From: Candidatus Calditenuaceae archaeon
GTDB taxonomy: Archaea > Thermoproteota > Nitrososphaeria_A > Caldarchaeales > Calditenuaceae
DNA length: 64,000 nt
Reading direction: 5' to 3'
Assembly: GCA_025058225.1 (NCBI GenBank)
Contig: JANXEE010000015.1
Span: 37,808-101,807, forward strand
Shown here piece by piece: positions 7,610 through 16,567 of the stretch. The translations under genes and the position numbers were made by a program. The notes beneath the pieces were generated by a model that saw nothing but the letters and a program-made list of their open reading frames with translations, was not told the DNA's origin and ran no database searches. Position 1 is the first letter of the stretch, and every line of letters begins with the position of its first letter.

Positions 7610-8887
7610 TCACATGACCACCAGGAAGAGGAGAAACAAGGGCATGGTCACCGCGGTCACAAGCGCACCCACCTTCATGAACCGGAGGTAGGAGATGGTC
7701 GCTCCGTATCTGCTCTCGAGGACCTCGAGGACGATCACGTTGGACGCGGCACCCAGTATCGTCAGGTTACCGGCGAGGGTGGCGGCCGAGGCAAGCGTCA
7801 ACCAGACATCTGTCTCGGCACCGGTCACACCCAACCCTTTGAGCTGCTCGATGGCGAGCTTCGTGTAGGGAACGTTGCTGATCAGCTGGCTCATGACCAA
7901 CGAGAGCACCGTCAGACTAACCATTCCAAGGGGACCAACGGGGTCGTCGAGCAGAAGGGTCGATAAGACCGGCTGGAGCACCCCGGAGCGCCATATCCCC
8001 TCTATGCTGATGAACATGCCGATGAAGAACAGTATCGTCCCGAAGTCGACCCTCGCGAGGACCTCACGCGGACTCTCCGTGAACGCGAGGAGCGCCGCTG
8101 CCGCCGTGAAGGGGATCAGGCCTCTCGTTGTGATGTGAGGTAGCCCGAGGGCAGCGTTGATGTCGTTCACCATGAGCGCTGTGACCGCCGCGCCCCCACC
8201 GAAGGCCGCCAGCACGAGCTCCCTCTTCGACCTTACGGCCTCCCACGGCGACACCGTCAGCTGGGACCTGACGTCCGGTAGCTTGTACAGCCGCATCATC
8301 AGAAGGCTCGTTATGGTCAAGGAGAGCAGCGTCGGGACTGCCAGCTTCAGGAGGAACTCCGGGAAGGGCGCCCTCATCCCCGATTGCACCGCGATCAGGA
8401 CGTTCTGGGGGTTGCCTATGGGGGTCATCGCGGACCCGATGGTGATCGAGAAGCACAGCAACAGAAACGCGAATTCGTAGCTCCCCCCGAGGGCCCTTCC
8501 GATGGTCACCGCGATCGGCGGTCCCATCAGGGCGACCGTGTCGTTGACGAAGAAGGCCGACATCATCCCGAAGAGCAGCGATGACCCCATCACGAGGGCT
8601 CTGGTCGTCCTCAGCACCGAGAGGAAGTAGTAGGCCACGAAGTCGAGGAGCCCCGAGCGGTCGGCCATACCGACCAGAGCGAACATTCCGATCAGCAGCG
8701 TTATCACGTCGAGGTCCACGAGGGTCATCGCCTCCTCCACCGGGACGAGGTCTGCTAGCAGCGTCACCGCTGTGCAGAGCATCATCACCGACCAGAGGGG
8801 GACCTTCGGGAACCTGCTCCTCAGGACCGTCCCCCCCAACAGCACGGCTAAAACCACCGCCCCCGACAGAGCAGCTTGAGTCGTCAT
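7610..8887 (-). CDS. ArsB/NhaD-superfamily anion permease
   Basis: 425 aa with 10 or more TM helices. The motif TPIGNPQNVLIA is typical of ArsB/NhaD/YbiR permeases. Confidence 0.75.
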   Translation of the reverse strand: MTTQAALSGAVVLAVLLGGTVLRSRFPKVPLWSVMMLCTAVTLLADLVPVEEAMTLVDLDVITLLIGMFALVGMADRSGLLDFVAYYFLSVLRTTRALVMGSSLLFGMMSAFFVNDTVALMGPPIAVTIGRALGGSYEFAFLLLCFSITIGSAMTPIGNPQNVLIAVQSGMRAPFPEFLLKLAVPTLLSLTITSLLMMRLYKLPDVRSQLTVSPWEAVRSKRELVLAAFGGGAAVTALMVNDINAALGLPHITTRGLIPFTAAAALLAFTESPREVLARVDFGTILFFIGMFISIEGIWRSGVLQPVLSTLLLDDPVGPLGMVSLTVLSLVMSQLISNVPYTKLAIEQLKGLGVTGAETDVWLTLASAATLAGNLTILGAASNVIVLEVLESRYGATISYLRFMKVGALVTAVTMPLFLLFLVVM

Positions 8888-8971
8888 TCCAGCCAGTTAA
8901 CCCAGCCTCATCATAGACGTATTCCTGTTCAGCGGACCGGCTGTGCGCCATCCGACGTTGAAGATCGACCT

Positions 8972-9685
8972 TCAGACCGACCTGCGACCCGATCTGAGCC
9001 TCCTTCTGAGTACGGGGTTGTCGTCGACAAGCCTCTTCAGCGCCCAAGAGAACGTCTGGTCTCCATCCAGCACCAGCTCCCGATACACTCCGGTCCTGCC
9101 GTGCTCCTGCCTCCTCCTCAGGACCCTGATCCGATCCCTGAGGGCCCTCGGGTCGCACCCGATCAGCTTCGCGGCGATCTCCGGCGCCGACTCCGCGGGG
9201 AACTCCAGGTGCCCTTCCTCGACGGGGACCACGACTGTCAGGGACTTGTTCATCCCTGAGACCCTCTTACCCACGATCAGCCCCTCCAGTTCTATTTTTC
9301 CAGCGATTGTGTAGAACTCGTGCTCCGCGGGGAGCATCTCTATCAGGGGGAAGGAGATCGACGTGAGATCGTCGAGGTAGATGTAGCCCTTCACGACGTA
9401 GCCGGGCGTCGCTTGGACGACCGCCCTCCTCCAGTAGCCCCCGAGCTCCGACTCCGCGATCAACTGGAGAAGCTCAGGGTTCACGACCCTCGGTATGAAG
9501 ACGTCGACGTCGCTCTCCGGCCTCACGTCGCCCCTCGCGACGCTGCCGTAGACGAACGCGTCCGCGACCCCCTTCGACCTGAGGACCGACATGAGCGTGG
9601 CGGCCCTATCCCGCTTCTCCGAGAGGAGCCTCCACCTCTCCCGGTCGTAGACGACCCTCCTGTAGGCGACCGACTCCAGCCCCAC
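8972..9685 (-). CDS. Nucleotidyltransferase (Pol beta superfamily) domain protein
   Basis: 237 aa. The minimal NTase motif is FVYGSVARGDVRPESDVDVFI (GS...D.D). Confidence 0.65.
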   Translation of the reverse strand: MGLESVAYRRVVYDRERWRLLSEKRDRAATLMSVLRSKGVADAFVYGSVARGDVRPESDVDVFIPRVVNPELLQLIAESELGGYWRRAVVQATPGYVVKGYIYLDDLTSISFPLIEMLPAEHEFYTIAGKIELEGLIVGKRVSGMNKSLTVVVPVEEGHLEFPAESAPEIAAKLIGCDPRALRDRIRVLRRRQEHGRTGVYRELVLDGDQTFSWALKRLVDDNPVLRRRLRSGRRSV

Positions 9686-9747
9686 CGACCCGCGAAGGTG
9701 GCTGAGGTTGATAAAGCGTGGTCCAGGAATTACCCGGGATGCCGAAG

Positions 9748-10020
9748 ATGGTCAGGGCACACGTCTGGGTCTCGGGGAGGGTGCAGGGCGTCTTCTTCAG
9801 GGCCAACACCAAGCGAGTCGCGGAGGAGCTCGGCCTAAGGGGCTGGGTGAGGAACCTCCCCGACGGCAGGGTCGAGGCGGTCTTCGAGGGGCCTGAAGAT
9901 TCGGTGATGAGGGCGATCGAGTGGTGTAGGAAGGGGCCTCCGAGGGCCGCAGTGGAGGACGTCGACGTCAGATGGGAGCAGTACACCGGCGGCGAGGAGG
10001 GTTTCCAGATCCGGTATTGA
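9748..10020 (+). CDS. acyP: Acylphosphatase
   Basis: MVRAHVWVSGRVQGVFFR ... GWVRNLPDGRVEAVFEG ... GPP.A.V matches the acylphosphatase signature. The listed ORF starts at 9718, but the ATG at 9748 gives the usual 90-aa length. Confidence 0.85.
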   Translation: MVRAHVWVSGRVQGVFFRANTKRVAEELGLRGWVRNLPDGRVEAVFEGPEDSVMRAIEWCRKGPPRAAVEDVDVRWEQYTGGEEGFQIRY

Positions 10021-10071
10021 CGGACGCTCCAGACGTGAACCGCTCGAGGGGTTGCTCGCGACCGTAGTCCG

Positions 10072-10554
10072 TCACAGTTTGTAGCCGAGCTTCCTGAGGA
10101 TCTCCTTCCTCTCCTTAATCTCCTCAGGGCCCTCCACGCCGAGCGGTGACTGTCCGTCGATCACGCCGAGCACTCCTCTCCCTTGCTCGGTCTCAGCGAC
10201 GATCACCTGAACGGGGTTCCCCGTGGCGCAGTAGAACCCGACTATCTCCTGAACGTCCCTCAGCCTCGGAAGGACGTTGATCGGGTAAGCGTTCCTCAGC
10301 ATTATCACGAGGAGGTGGCCGCAGCCCAGTCTCAGCGCGTTCTCGACCGCCAGACTCTCGAGCTCCTCGTCGGTCCCCGAGTGCCTGACCAGCCTCTTCA
10401 TGGATGCCTCGCAGAAGGCTATTCCGAACTTTATCCCCGGGAAGGCGGTGACAAGGGCCTCGTGGACGTCCTCGACGGTCTTGATGAAGTGGCTTTGTGC
10501 GAGTATCAGCTGGACTCCCTCCGGGAACTCGACCTTTACCACGTGGAGCTGCAT
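10072..10554 (-). CDS. Adenosine-specific kinase family protein (PF04008-like; family recalled, not searched)
   Basis: 160 aa conserved archaeal pattern: QLILAQSHFIKTVEDVHEAL, FGIAFCEAS, LVIMLRNAYPINVL, GVIDG. Confidence 0.65.
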   Translation of the reverse strand: MQLHVVKVEFPEGVQLILAQSHFIKTVEDVHEALVTAFPGIKFGIAFCEASMKRLVRHSGTDEELESLAVENALRLGCGHLLVIMLRNAYPINVLPRLRDVQEIVGFYCATGNPVQVIVAETEQGRGVLGVIDGQSPLGVEGPEEIKERKEILRKLGYKL

Positions 10555-10979
10555 ACCGTTCCATTTAGAGGCCAGAGGTTATACTTTGCTGGTCCACGGA
10601 CTCGATCCCTGAACGTGGCTGGAGCGCGCATCGGGGAGAGGCGTACCAGCTCGATCGATGCAACGCCATCTGTCAGGCGGCGCTCGATGGGTCGGAAGAG
10701 TTTTGCCGGTGGGCTAGTTCGGGGAGGAGGCGACGGACCTGTGGCGCGAGTCCCTACACGATCTCAGGCAGCCGCGGAGGGACTACGAGATCGGGGTTAC
10801 GGCGTCTCGGCCTTCCTCGACCACAAGGCGGCCACGAAGGCGCTAACACGCCGGCGCAGGTCGAAGCGTTCAGGGAGGGGAAGACGGTGGTCCGGGAGTC
10901 GGTGACGGAGGAGATCAGGGTCAGGCTCTGAGCTCCATCGAATGGCTGGATCATCGCCGAGCCATCCTGTTCCTGCAGA

Positions 10980-11076
10980 TGGGGCCGGCCGGATTTGAAC
11001 CGGCGACCTCCCGGGCCCTTGCCGAGGCCCTCGCGGTCCCAAGCCGGGCGTCCACTCCATGCTGGACTACGGCCCC
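10980..11076 (-). tRNA. tRNA-Pro(UGG) with an intron of about 22 nt at the anticodon loop
   Basis: Minus-strand read: GGGGCCG UA GUCC AGCAUGGAGU GGAC G CCCGG CUUGGGA[CCGCGAGGGCCUCGGCAAGGGC]CCGGG AGGUC GCCGG UUCAAAU CCGGC CGGCCCC A. The precursor is 97 nt and about 75 nt after intron removal. Confidence 0.85.
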
Positions 11077-11176
11077 CCGACGACCTCCTCCGGATTCGCT
11101 AAATACCTTCGCCGGCGGCGGGGCGGACGCTGATCACCAAGAGACCGTTTTTACTGAGGGCGTCAGGAGGAACCCG

Positions 11177-11839
11177 ATGCGGGTCTACCTGCTCTCGCAC
11201 GTCCTGAGGGAGGACGACCCTGTCTACCCGGGGACGCAGCCGCTGAGGCTCGAGCAGGTGAGGAGCATAGCCCGAGGGGACACCTCGAACTCCTGGAGGA
11301 TGAGCTCTGGGAACCACGTCGGGACGCACGTCGACGCGCCGAACCACTTCGACGACTCAGGACTCAGGGTCGAGGACCTGAGGGTCGAGGACCTCGTGAT
11401 CGAGCGCGGACTGGTACTGGACGTCCCTGAGGAGCCGGGAGGCGTGATCGAGGTCGAGGACCTGAGGCCCCACGAGCGGCTGATCGGGAAGTGCGGGATG
11501 CTGATGGTCAGGACCGGCCTGCAGGCCTACAGAAGGTCCGACCCCTCCAGGTACTCGGGCGAAGGGGTGTCGCTCCACCCTGAGGCCGCCTCTTACATAG
11601 CCGGCTTCGGGACCGTGAGGGCCTTCGGGATCGACGCGATCAGCATCAGCTCGCCGCTCAGGAGGGAGATGGGTAGGGAGGCCCACAGGAGGCTGCTGAC
11701 CTCGAGGAGGTTCCTGATAGTCGAGGACATGGACCTCGCTGGGAAGCCGGAGAGCTACGACGTCGTCGTGGTCGCGCCGCTCAGGGTCGAGAGGGTCGAC
11801 GGCGCGCCCTGCACGGTCATCGGGATCATGCTCGGCTGA
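11177..11839 (+). CDS. Cyclase family protein (kynurenine formamidase-like fold)
   Basis: The motif HVGTHVDAPNHF (HxGTHxDxPxH) is present. The start is set at ATG 11177 because the listed ORF start (10979) overlaps tRNA-Pro. About 220 aa. Confidence 0.75.
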   Translation: MRVYLLSHVLREDDPVYPGTQPLRLEQVRSIARGDTSNSWRMSSGNHVGTHVDAPNHFDDSGLRVEDLRVEDLVIERGLVLDVPEEPGGVIEVEDLRPHERLIGKCGMLMVRTGLQAYRRSDPSRYSGEGVSLHPEAASYIAGFGTVRAFGIDAISISSPLRREMGREAHRRLLTSRRFLIVEDMDLAGKPESYDVVVVAPLRVERVDGAPCTVIGIMLG

Positions 11840-12539
11840 TGGAGCTGTGCCTCCTCGACTCGTAGACTCCCCGGCCGTAAGCGACTCTGGCCGGCACGCC
11901 AATCACCACGTCGCCGTCAGATACGTCCCTCGTGACGACCGCCCCCGCACCTATCACCGCCCGGCTCCCTATCCTGACGCCTGCCATGATCAGAGCGCCC
12001 GCACCTATCACGGAACCGTCGAGTATTTCGGCACCCCGCAGGTCCTCGCTGGGAGGATAGCGGTCGTTCATCACCACGACGTTGGGTCCCATGAAGACGT
12101 TCGAACCGACCTTCGTGAGGTGTGGAAGGTAGCACATCGACTGTATGGAACACCCCTCTCCGACCGTCACCTCACCGTCGAGCTGTGTCCCGGTCCCTAT
12201 CCGCGTTCGCCTGCCGACCCTGCTACCGGACCTGATCAGGACGTTGTGCCCGAGCTCCACGCCCTCGCCAAGGACCACCTGCTCGTATATCACGCACCCC
12301 CTCCTAACGACGCAGCCCTTCTCCAGCTCGCTTCCTGAGCTGACTTCGTCGAGGGACTCGACGTTCCGGCCCGAGATCGAGAGGAGCTTCGACCTAGTCG
12401 GATAACCGACGGTCACCATCGCGTCCACTATCGCCCCCTCTCCGATCCTCGACGGGCCCAGAACGACCGCTCCCTCCATCACGATACCCTTCACCAAGGC
12501 CCTCGGACTGACGTACCCTTGCACGGAAAGAACCCTCAC
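11826..12539 (-). CDS. Left-handed beta-helix (hexapeptide repeat) acyl/acetyltransferase
   Basis: 237 aa with repeated [LIV]G.... hexapeptides (VGRRTRIGTGTQLDGEVTVGEGCSI, IGAGALIMAGVRIGSRAVIGAGAVV). Confidence 0.75.
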   Translation of the reverse strand: MRVLSVQGYVSPRALVKGIVMEGAVVLGPSRIGEGAIVDAMVTVGYPTRSKLLSISGRNVESLDEVSSGSELEKGCVVRRGCVIYEQVVLGEGVELGHNVLIRSGSRVGRRTRIGTGTQLDGEVTVGEGCSIQSMCYLPHLTKVGSNVFMGPNVVVMNDRYPPSEDLRGAEILDGSVIGAGALIMAGVRIGSRAVIGAGAVVTRDVSDGDVVIGVPARVAYGRGVYESRRHSSISRA

Positions 12540-12655
12540 GTTCGCGTGCTATAAATCGAGGTGGGCTCCGCACCGGTCACGTTATTCGCCTCCTGTCACA
12601 GCCCTTCGAAACCGCGCGGGGAAGCTAATATGCGCGCCCTCGGGCGAACATCGGG

Positions 12656-12913
12656 ATGAACTACCGTGAGCTGGTGAAGCTGGTGGTCGTCAGGGCGGAC
12701 GCCCAGCAGATCGCGGAGAGGCTACTTGACGTCGTCATGACCTCTTACAACGCCGGCCTTGTGACACCGAATGAGGGCGAGAGGCTGGCTGACGCCTTCC
12801 AATCGGACAGGCTCTCTGATGCGGACGTCCTTGAGTCGCTGCTCGAGTTGGCCCACAGGACCGAGCCTGAGAAGTTTCGCTCGTTGATCGAGGAGTTGGG
12901 TCTGCGGATATGA
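12656..12913 (+). CDS. Hypothetical small helical protein
   Basis: 85-aa ORF with normal composition. ATGA overlap (12910-12913) with the downstream LLM oxidoreductase suggests translational coupling. Confidence 0.45.
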   Translation: MNYRELVKLVVVRADAQQIAERLLDVVMTSYNAGLVTPNEGERLADAFQSDRLSDADVLESLLELAHRTEPEKFRSLIEELGLRI

Positions 12914-13908
12914 AGATCTCGATCGAGCTGGCACCCCGTCTCCCGCTCTGGGCGTTGCGAATTCTATCGAGCATGGCAGAAAAAGTCGGGTTCGAGGCGG
13001 TCTGGTTGTCGGAGCACTACTTCAACAGGTCCTCGGTGGTCGCGGCCGCCTACCTCCTCTCTCACCTGAAGCGGCTCGCTGTGGGTGTTGGTGTCCTGAA
13101 CCCCTACGTCCTTCATCCTGCGGTGATGGCACAGGTCGCTGCATCGCTGACCGAGGTCGGTCCTGGGAGGGTAATGTTGGGGGTAGGAGCCGGTGACGTC
13201 ACGACGCTTGAGGCCCTCGGATACCTCAGGAAGGACGCCGTTGAAAGGGTGAGGGCCTGTGTGAGGACGGTTAAGGGGCTTCTGCAGGGAGGGGGACTTA
13301 ACGACGGCCTCAGGTTGGACTTCAGGGCAGCATCACAGGTTCCCGTTTACGTGGCGGCCCAAGGGCCCAAGATGCTCGAGCTCGCAGGAGAGGTTGGTGA
13401 CGGTGTGCTCATCAACTCAGCGAACTTGCCCCACCTCAGGGACTCGGTCGGTCTGGTCAGGTCCTCCGCCTCAAGGAGCGGAAGGAGCGTCTCAGTTGAA
13501 GCTGAACTGCTCGTCTCGGTCCACGAGGACAGCAAGAAGGCCATCAAGACCGTGAAACCGTACGTGGCGGTGATGTTGGCCGGGTCGTCAGCTGACTTCG
13601 CGAGGGTTTTGGGATTCGATGAGGACCTCCTGTCACGTCTGAAGGTGCTGGTTGGGAGAGGGAGGTGGTTGGATGTTCAGGAACTGATACCCGATGACGT
13701 GGCCTCAGCGCTCTCGGTTGCAGGCAACCCGCGCGAGTTCGCGACTGCGCTGGAGGGGCTGCCGATTGAGGAACTGGACGGCCTCGTGTTGGGAGGTCCT
13801 ATAGGCCCTAACCCGCGTCCTGCGATCGTCGAGGTTCACCGTGCGCTGATGAGGTCGATCTCTCGAGGAGCTCGATCAGCTCCCCGATCCTCTGCTCAAA
13901 GGCCCTGA
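12910..13908 (+). CDS. Luciferase-like monooxygenase (LLM) class flavin/F420-dependent oxidoreductase
   Basis: 332 aa. The TIM-barrel LLM pattern is GFEAVWLSEHYF, LAVGVGVLNPYVLHPAVMA, VMLGVGAGD. The last 30 or so codons overlap the convergent gene, so the exact stop context is uncertain. Confidence 0.75.
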   Translation: MKISIELAPRLPLWALRILSSMAEKVGFEAVWLSEHYFNRSSVVAAAYLLSHLKRLAVGVGVLNPYVLHPAVMAQVAASLTEVGPGRVMLGVGAGDVTTLEALGYLRKDAVERVRACVRTVKGLLQGGGLNDGLRLDFRAASQVPVYVAAQGPKMLELAGEVGDGVLINSANLPHLRDSVGLVRSSASRSGRSVSVEAELLVSVHEDSKKAIKTVKPYVAVMLAGSSADFARVLGFDEDLLSRLKVLVGRGRWLDVQELIPDDVASALSVAGNPREFATALEGLPIEELDGLVLGGPIGPNPRPAIVEVHRALMRSISRGARSAPRSSAQRP

Positions 13909-14284
13909 GGTCCTCAGCAGACGGCTCCATGCCACCGTACCTGATGTCCTCGAACGTCCTGATCAAATCATCGAACGAGTCGCTCGAGCCCAGTCTCGAG
14001 GTGACGAGCGTGACCACTTCCCTGAAGGTCATCGAGCTCCTCACCCCCATGATCCCGTCGTTCCGCAGCTCCGTCACGAGCGCTCTGACGATCTTTATGG
14101 CGTGCTCCCTTCCGGCCCCTCTTGACTGGAGGAGGGCCTTCACCTCTGCGAACCGTTCTCTGGTTGCCCTTCTCTCGGCCCTCTTCCCCCGCAAGCTCCT
14201 CACCAACTGAAGTATGGCAACGGCGATCATCGCGTTCATTGCGACCCAGAATATCGGGCTGTAGAACAACTCAACCATGCTCAA
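13808..14284 (-). CDS. Hypothetical membrane protein with a DUF4129-like C-terminal region (tentative)
   Basis: 158 aa with an N-terminal TM helix (IFWVAMNAMIAVAILQLV). The pattern MTFREV ... FEDIRYGG..PS.EDL resembles DUF4129. Confidence 0.5.
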   Translation of the reverse strand: MSMVELFYSPIFWVAMNAMIAVAILQLVRSLRGKRAERRATRERFAEVKALLQSRGAGREHAIKIVRALVTELRNDGIMGVRSSMTFREVVTLVTSRLGSSDSFDDLIRTFEDIRYGGMEPSAEDLRAFEQRIGELIELLERSTSSAHGEPRRSQDAG

Positions 14285-15119
14285 TCGGCTGCACCAAGTA
14301 ATCTATTACCAGCATGGGAATATAACTGTCGGGAAGTACGGTCGCTGCTATTCCTGGCAGCTCAACGTTCAACGAGAACTCAGACGAGACTGACTCCTCC
14401 TCTAGGCTATGGGGATCGGGCGCTACAGCCGTTAGGGTGCTGGGCCTTATCGAGTAAGGGAGCACCGACACCAACTCGGGCCTGCTCGCCGGGGGGACCG
14501 CACGCACCTCGCCCGTGGTCGTCAGATACTTTATGAACGGTAATGCCAGATAAACTTCGTCGAGTCTGAAGACGCTAAACGAGACCGTCAGGGCTGTAAT
14601 GCCCTTGGTAACGTCGGGCATCAACAGATAGGCCTCCGGCCTCAAGCGGACCTCGGTGAACGTCACGGTCACGCGCAGGTCCTTCTCGACGACTAGGCTC
14701 GTCCGGAAGGGCACGAACCTGCCATCGGCCCAGTAAACTGACAGGGAGTGGTTCCCTCGGGGGACCCTCAGCAGCAGTTCGCCGTTGAACCCTACCCTCC
14801 TCACCTCACCGGCTAGGAAGACGACGGCTTCACCGTATCTGGCCCTCCTCGGCTGGCCCCAGTCGATCGAGTGGAGCACCACGACCTCTACGTCGTGCAG
14901 GGGGGGCTGCCCCGATCCGATCTCGGAGATCTGGAGAACGTCTATGAGTGGTGTCGAATCTGTGCCGAGGGGCGGGCTGTTCAACAAGAGTAGGAGTAAC
15001 GCAACCGCTAGGAGGGCCGGCGCCAACCTGCTTAGCCTACGCACCCTAAGTTCCCCGACCGGGCTCAAATATTTGCATTTCCGGGGAATACCCAGCCAGG
15101 TTCTCGGCCGAACGAACAT
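14271..15119 (-). CDS. Hypothetical secreted/membrane-anchored beta-rich protein
   Basis: 282-aa ORF with a hydrophobic N-terminal segment (LAPALLAVALLLLLLNS). It overlaps the downstream gene by 14 nt. The start codon is uncertain. Confidence 0.5.
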   Translation of the reverse strand: MFVRPRTWLGIPRKCKYLSPVGELRVRRLSRLAPALLAVALLLLLLNSPPLGTDSTPLIDVLQISEIGSGQPPLHDVEVVVLHSIDWGQPRRARYGEAVVFLAGEVRRVGFNGELLLRVPRGNHSLSVYWADGRFVPFRTSLVVEKDLRVTVTFTEVRLRPEAYLLMPDVTKGITALTVSFSVFRLDEVYLALPFIKYLTTTGEVRAVPPASRPELVSVLPYSIRPSTLTAVAPDPHSLEEESVSSEFSLNVELPGIAATVLPDSYIPMLVIDYLVQPIEHG

Positions 15120-15148
15120 CGCTAATAAGCGTCGGTCGTGAGGGAGTC

Positions 15149-15715
15149 GTGATGGTTGAGGAAGAGACCGCCATGGGCAGGTTGGAGGGGCATGAGAGGG
15201 TGGTCGTGGTGGGTGGCGGTGCCAACAGGCTCTACAGCTGGGGATACGGCGAGCTCGTGGAACCCGGGACGCTTGACCTCACGCCCTACGAGGCGGCCTA
15301 CCTGACGGAGGAGGGGGGCCTCGTGGTCCTCGACGAAGGCGGTGAGAGGCTCGGGTTCCCGTCACTCGTCAGTCGCTTCTCGAGTTCCATCAAGGGCTTC
15401 TGGATCAGCTACGTCATCTATCGGGACCTCAAGAGGAAGAGGTATCACGTGAAGCACGGAATAGTTCCAACCCTCTTCCTCATGGTCTACGAGAAGGGGA
15501 AACGCGACAGCGCGAAGTACTTCGTCTTCCCGATGTTCGAGGGGTTCCCGGTCAAGGTGTCGGAGTTGATGGAGCTGGTCCGGCACTCGAAGAACATGGG
15601 AAAGCAGCTGCTCCTCGCGATCGTCGACAGACGGGGCGAGGTGATCTATTACACCTGCTCAGAGGTATCTCCGGTGAACGTCGTGGCCGAAAGGTCCATC
15701 TCGACAGGGGACTGA
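15149..15715 (+). CDS. endA: tRNA-splicing endonuclease family subunit (EndA fold; the catalytic His appears absent, so probably the structural subunit)
   Basis: 188 aa. YVIYRDLKRKRYHVKHG ... LMVYEKGKRDSAKYFVF ... RHSKNMGKQLLLAIVDRRGEVIYY aligns with the EndA C-terminal domain. Tyr and Lys of the catalytic triad are present. The EHS(V/K)Y position reads DSAKY. Confidence 0.75.
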   Translation: MMVEEETAMGRLEGHERVVVVGGGANRLYSWGYGELVEPGTLDLTPYEAAYLTEEGGLVVLDEGGERLGFPSLVSRFSSSIKGFWISYVIYRDLKRKRYHVKHGIVPTLFLMVYEKGKRDSAKYFVFPMFEGFPVKVSELMELVRHSKNMGKQLLLAIVDRRGEVIYYTCSEVSPVNVVAERSISTGD

Positions 15716-15718
15716 ATC

Positions 15719-16567
15719 ATGCGAAAGGCTTCGGCGCTGATCAGATTGACCCGGCCTCCTAACGGCCTGATGATGTTCGTCGCTGTTTTAGTTGGGTACT
15801 ACGTCTCCTCAGGCAGGCTCCCCGACGCGTCTACGCTGGCGCTCTCCTTCTTCACTGCGTACTGCCTCAACGGCTCCTCCATGGCGGTCAACGACCTCGT
15901 CGATGTCGAGGTGGACAGAGTCAACGCTCCTCATCGTCCGATACCCTCTGGCGCGGTGGGCCGGCTCGAGGCCAAACTGCTCGCGACCGGTTTGGGCGTC
16001 ATCGGACTCTCCTCCTCGGCTCTGCTGGGAACCGTGCCCGTGCTGATCGCCATCACCTCGTATCTGCTGGCACTCGCCTACAACGTCAGTCTGAAGCAAA
16101 CGGGCCTGCTAGGGAATTCGGTGGTCAGCGCCACAGTTGCGGCGCCCTTCCTCTTCGGGTCAGCGGTCGCGGTCGGCACACCCGACATCGGTTCAGGAAC
16201 CCTGGCAGCGCTCGCGTTCCTCTCGAGCCTCGGGCGGGAGGTAGTCAAGGGAATCGCAGACATCGAGGGCGACTCCGTTAGGGGCATCAGGACCGTTGCG
16301 AGGGTCAGAGGCGTAAGGTTCGCGTCATTCCTCGGCGCAGGCGCGGTGCTGGCCGCGGTCGTCTTGAGCCCTCTGCCCTACCTAACGGGGACGCTCGGAT
16401 GGGCCTACCTTCCGCTCGTTGCGGTTGCAGATGCGGGATTCGCCTTCTCCTCCTACGGTCTGGTGAAGGGTCTGAGCCCCGGTGCCGCGAGGAGGGTGAA
16501 GAGCCAGTACCTACTCTGGATGTTCCTGGCGTTGGTAGCCTTCCTCGTCGGCTCCGCAACCCGGTGA
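15719..16567 (+). CDS. UbiA-family prenyltransferase, probable digeranylgeranylglyceryl phosphate (DGGGP) synthase
   Basis: 282 aa with about 8 TM helices. The Asp-rich motif is NDLVDVEVDRVNAPHRPIPSG, and a second motif region is KGIADIEGD. Confidence 0.8.
   Translation: MRKASALIRLTRPPNGLMMFVAVLVGYYVSSGRLPDASTLALSFFTAYCLNGSSMAVNDLVDVEVDRVNAPHRPIPSGAVGRLEAKLLATGLGVIGLSSSALLGTVPVLIAITSYLLALAYNVSLKQTGLLGNSVVSATVAAPFLFGSAVAVGTPDIGSGTLAALAFLSSLGREVVKGIADIEGDSVRGIRTVARVRGVRFASFLGAGAVLAAVVLSPLPYLTGTLGWAYLPLVAVADAGFAFSSYGLVKGLSPGAARRVKSQYLLWMFLALVAFLVGSATR

Noticed and set aside
10555-10979. SRP (7S) RNA in the ORF-free gap next to tRNA-Pro.
   Set aside because: There is only weak resemblance to the helix-8 GGAAG.AGCA motif. 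I could not find convincing 5'/3' end pairing. The region is kept as an unexplained gap in the findings.
10979-11176. The N-terminal 66 codons of ORF 10979..11839.
   Set aside because: They overlap tRNA-Pro on the opposite strand and translate to low-complexity sequence. The cyclase domain begins at ATG 11177.
11366-11395. A 15-nt tandem duplication AGGGTCGAGGACCT(G/C) inside the cyclase gene, giving RVEDLRVEDL.
   Set aside because: It is an in-frame micro-duplication within a coding region. It shows no sign of regulatory or mobile function.
13808-13908. Convergent 3' overlaps (13808-13908, 16511-16567, 32089-32147, 40772-40788) as possible regulatory antisense arrangements.
   Set aside because: In each case the overlapping tail of one partner is low-complexity read-through to the first available stop in GC-rich sequence. 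There is no independent signal.
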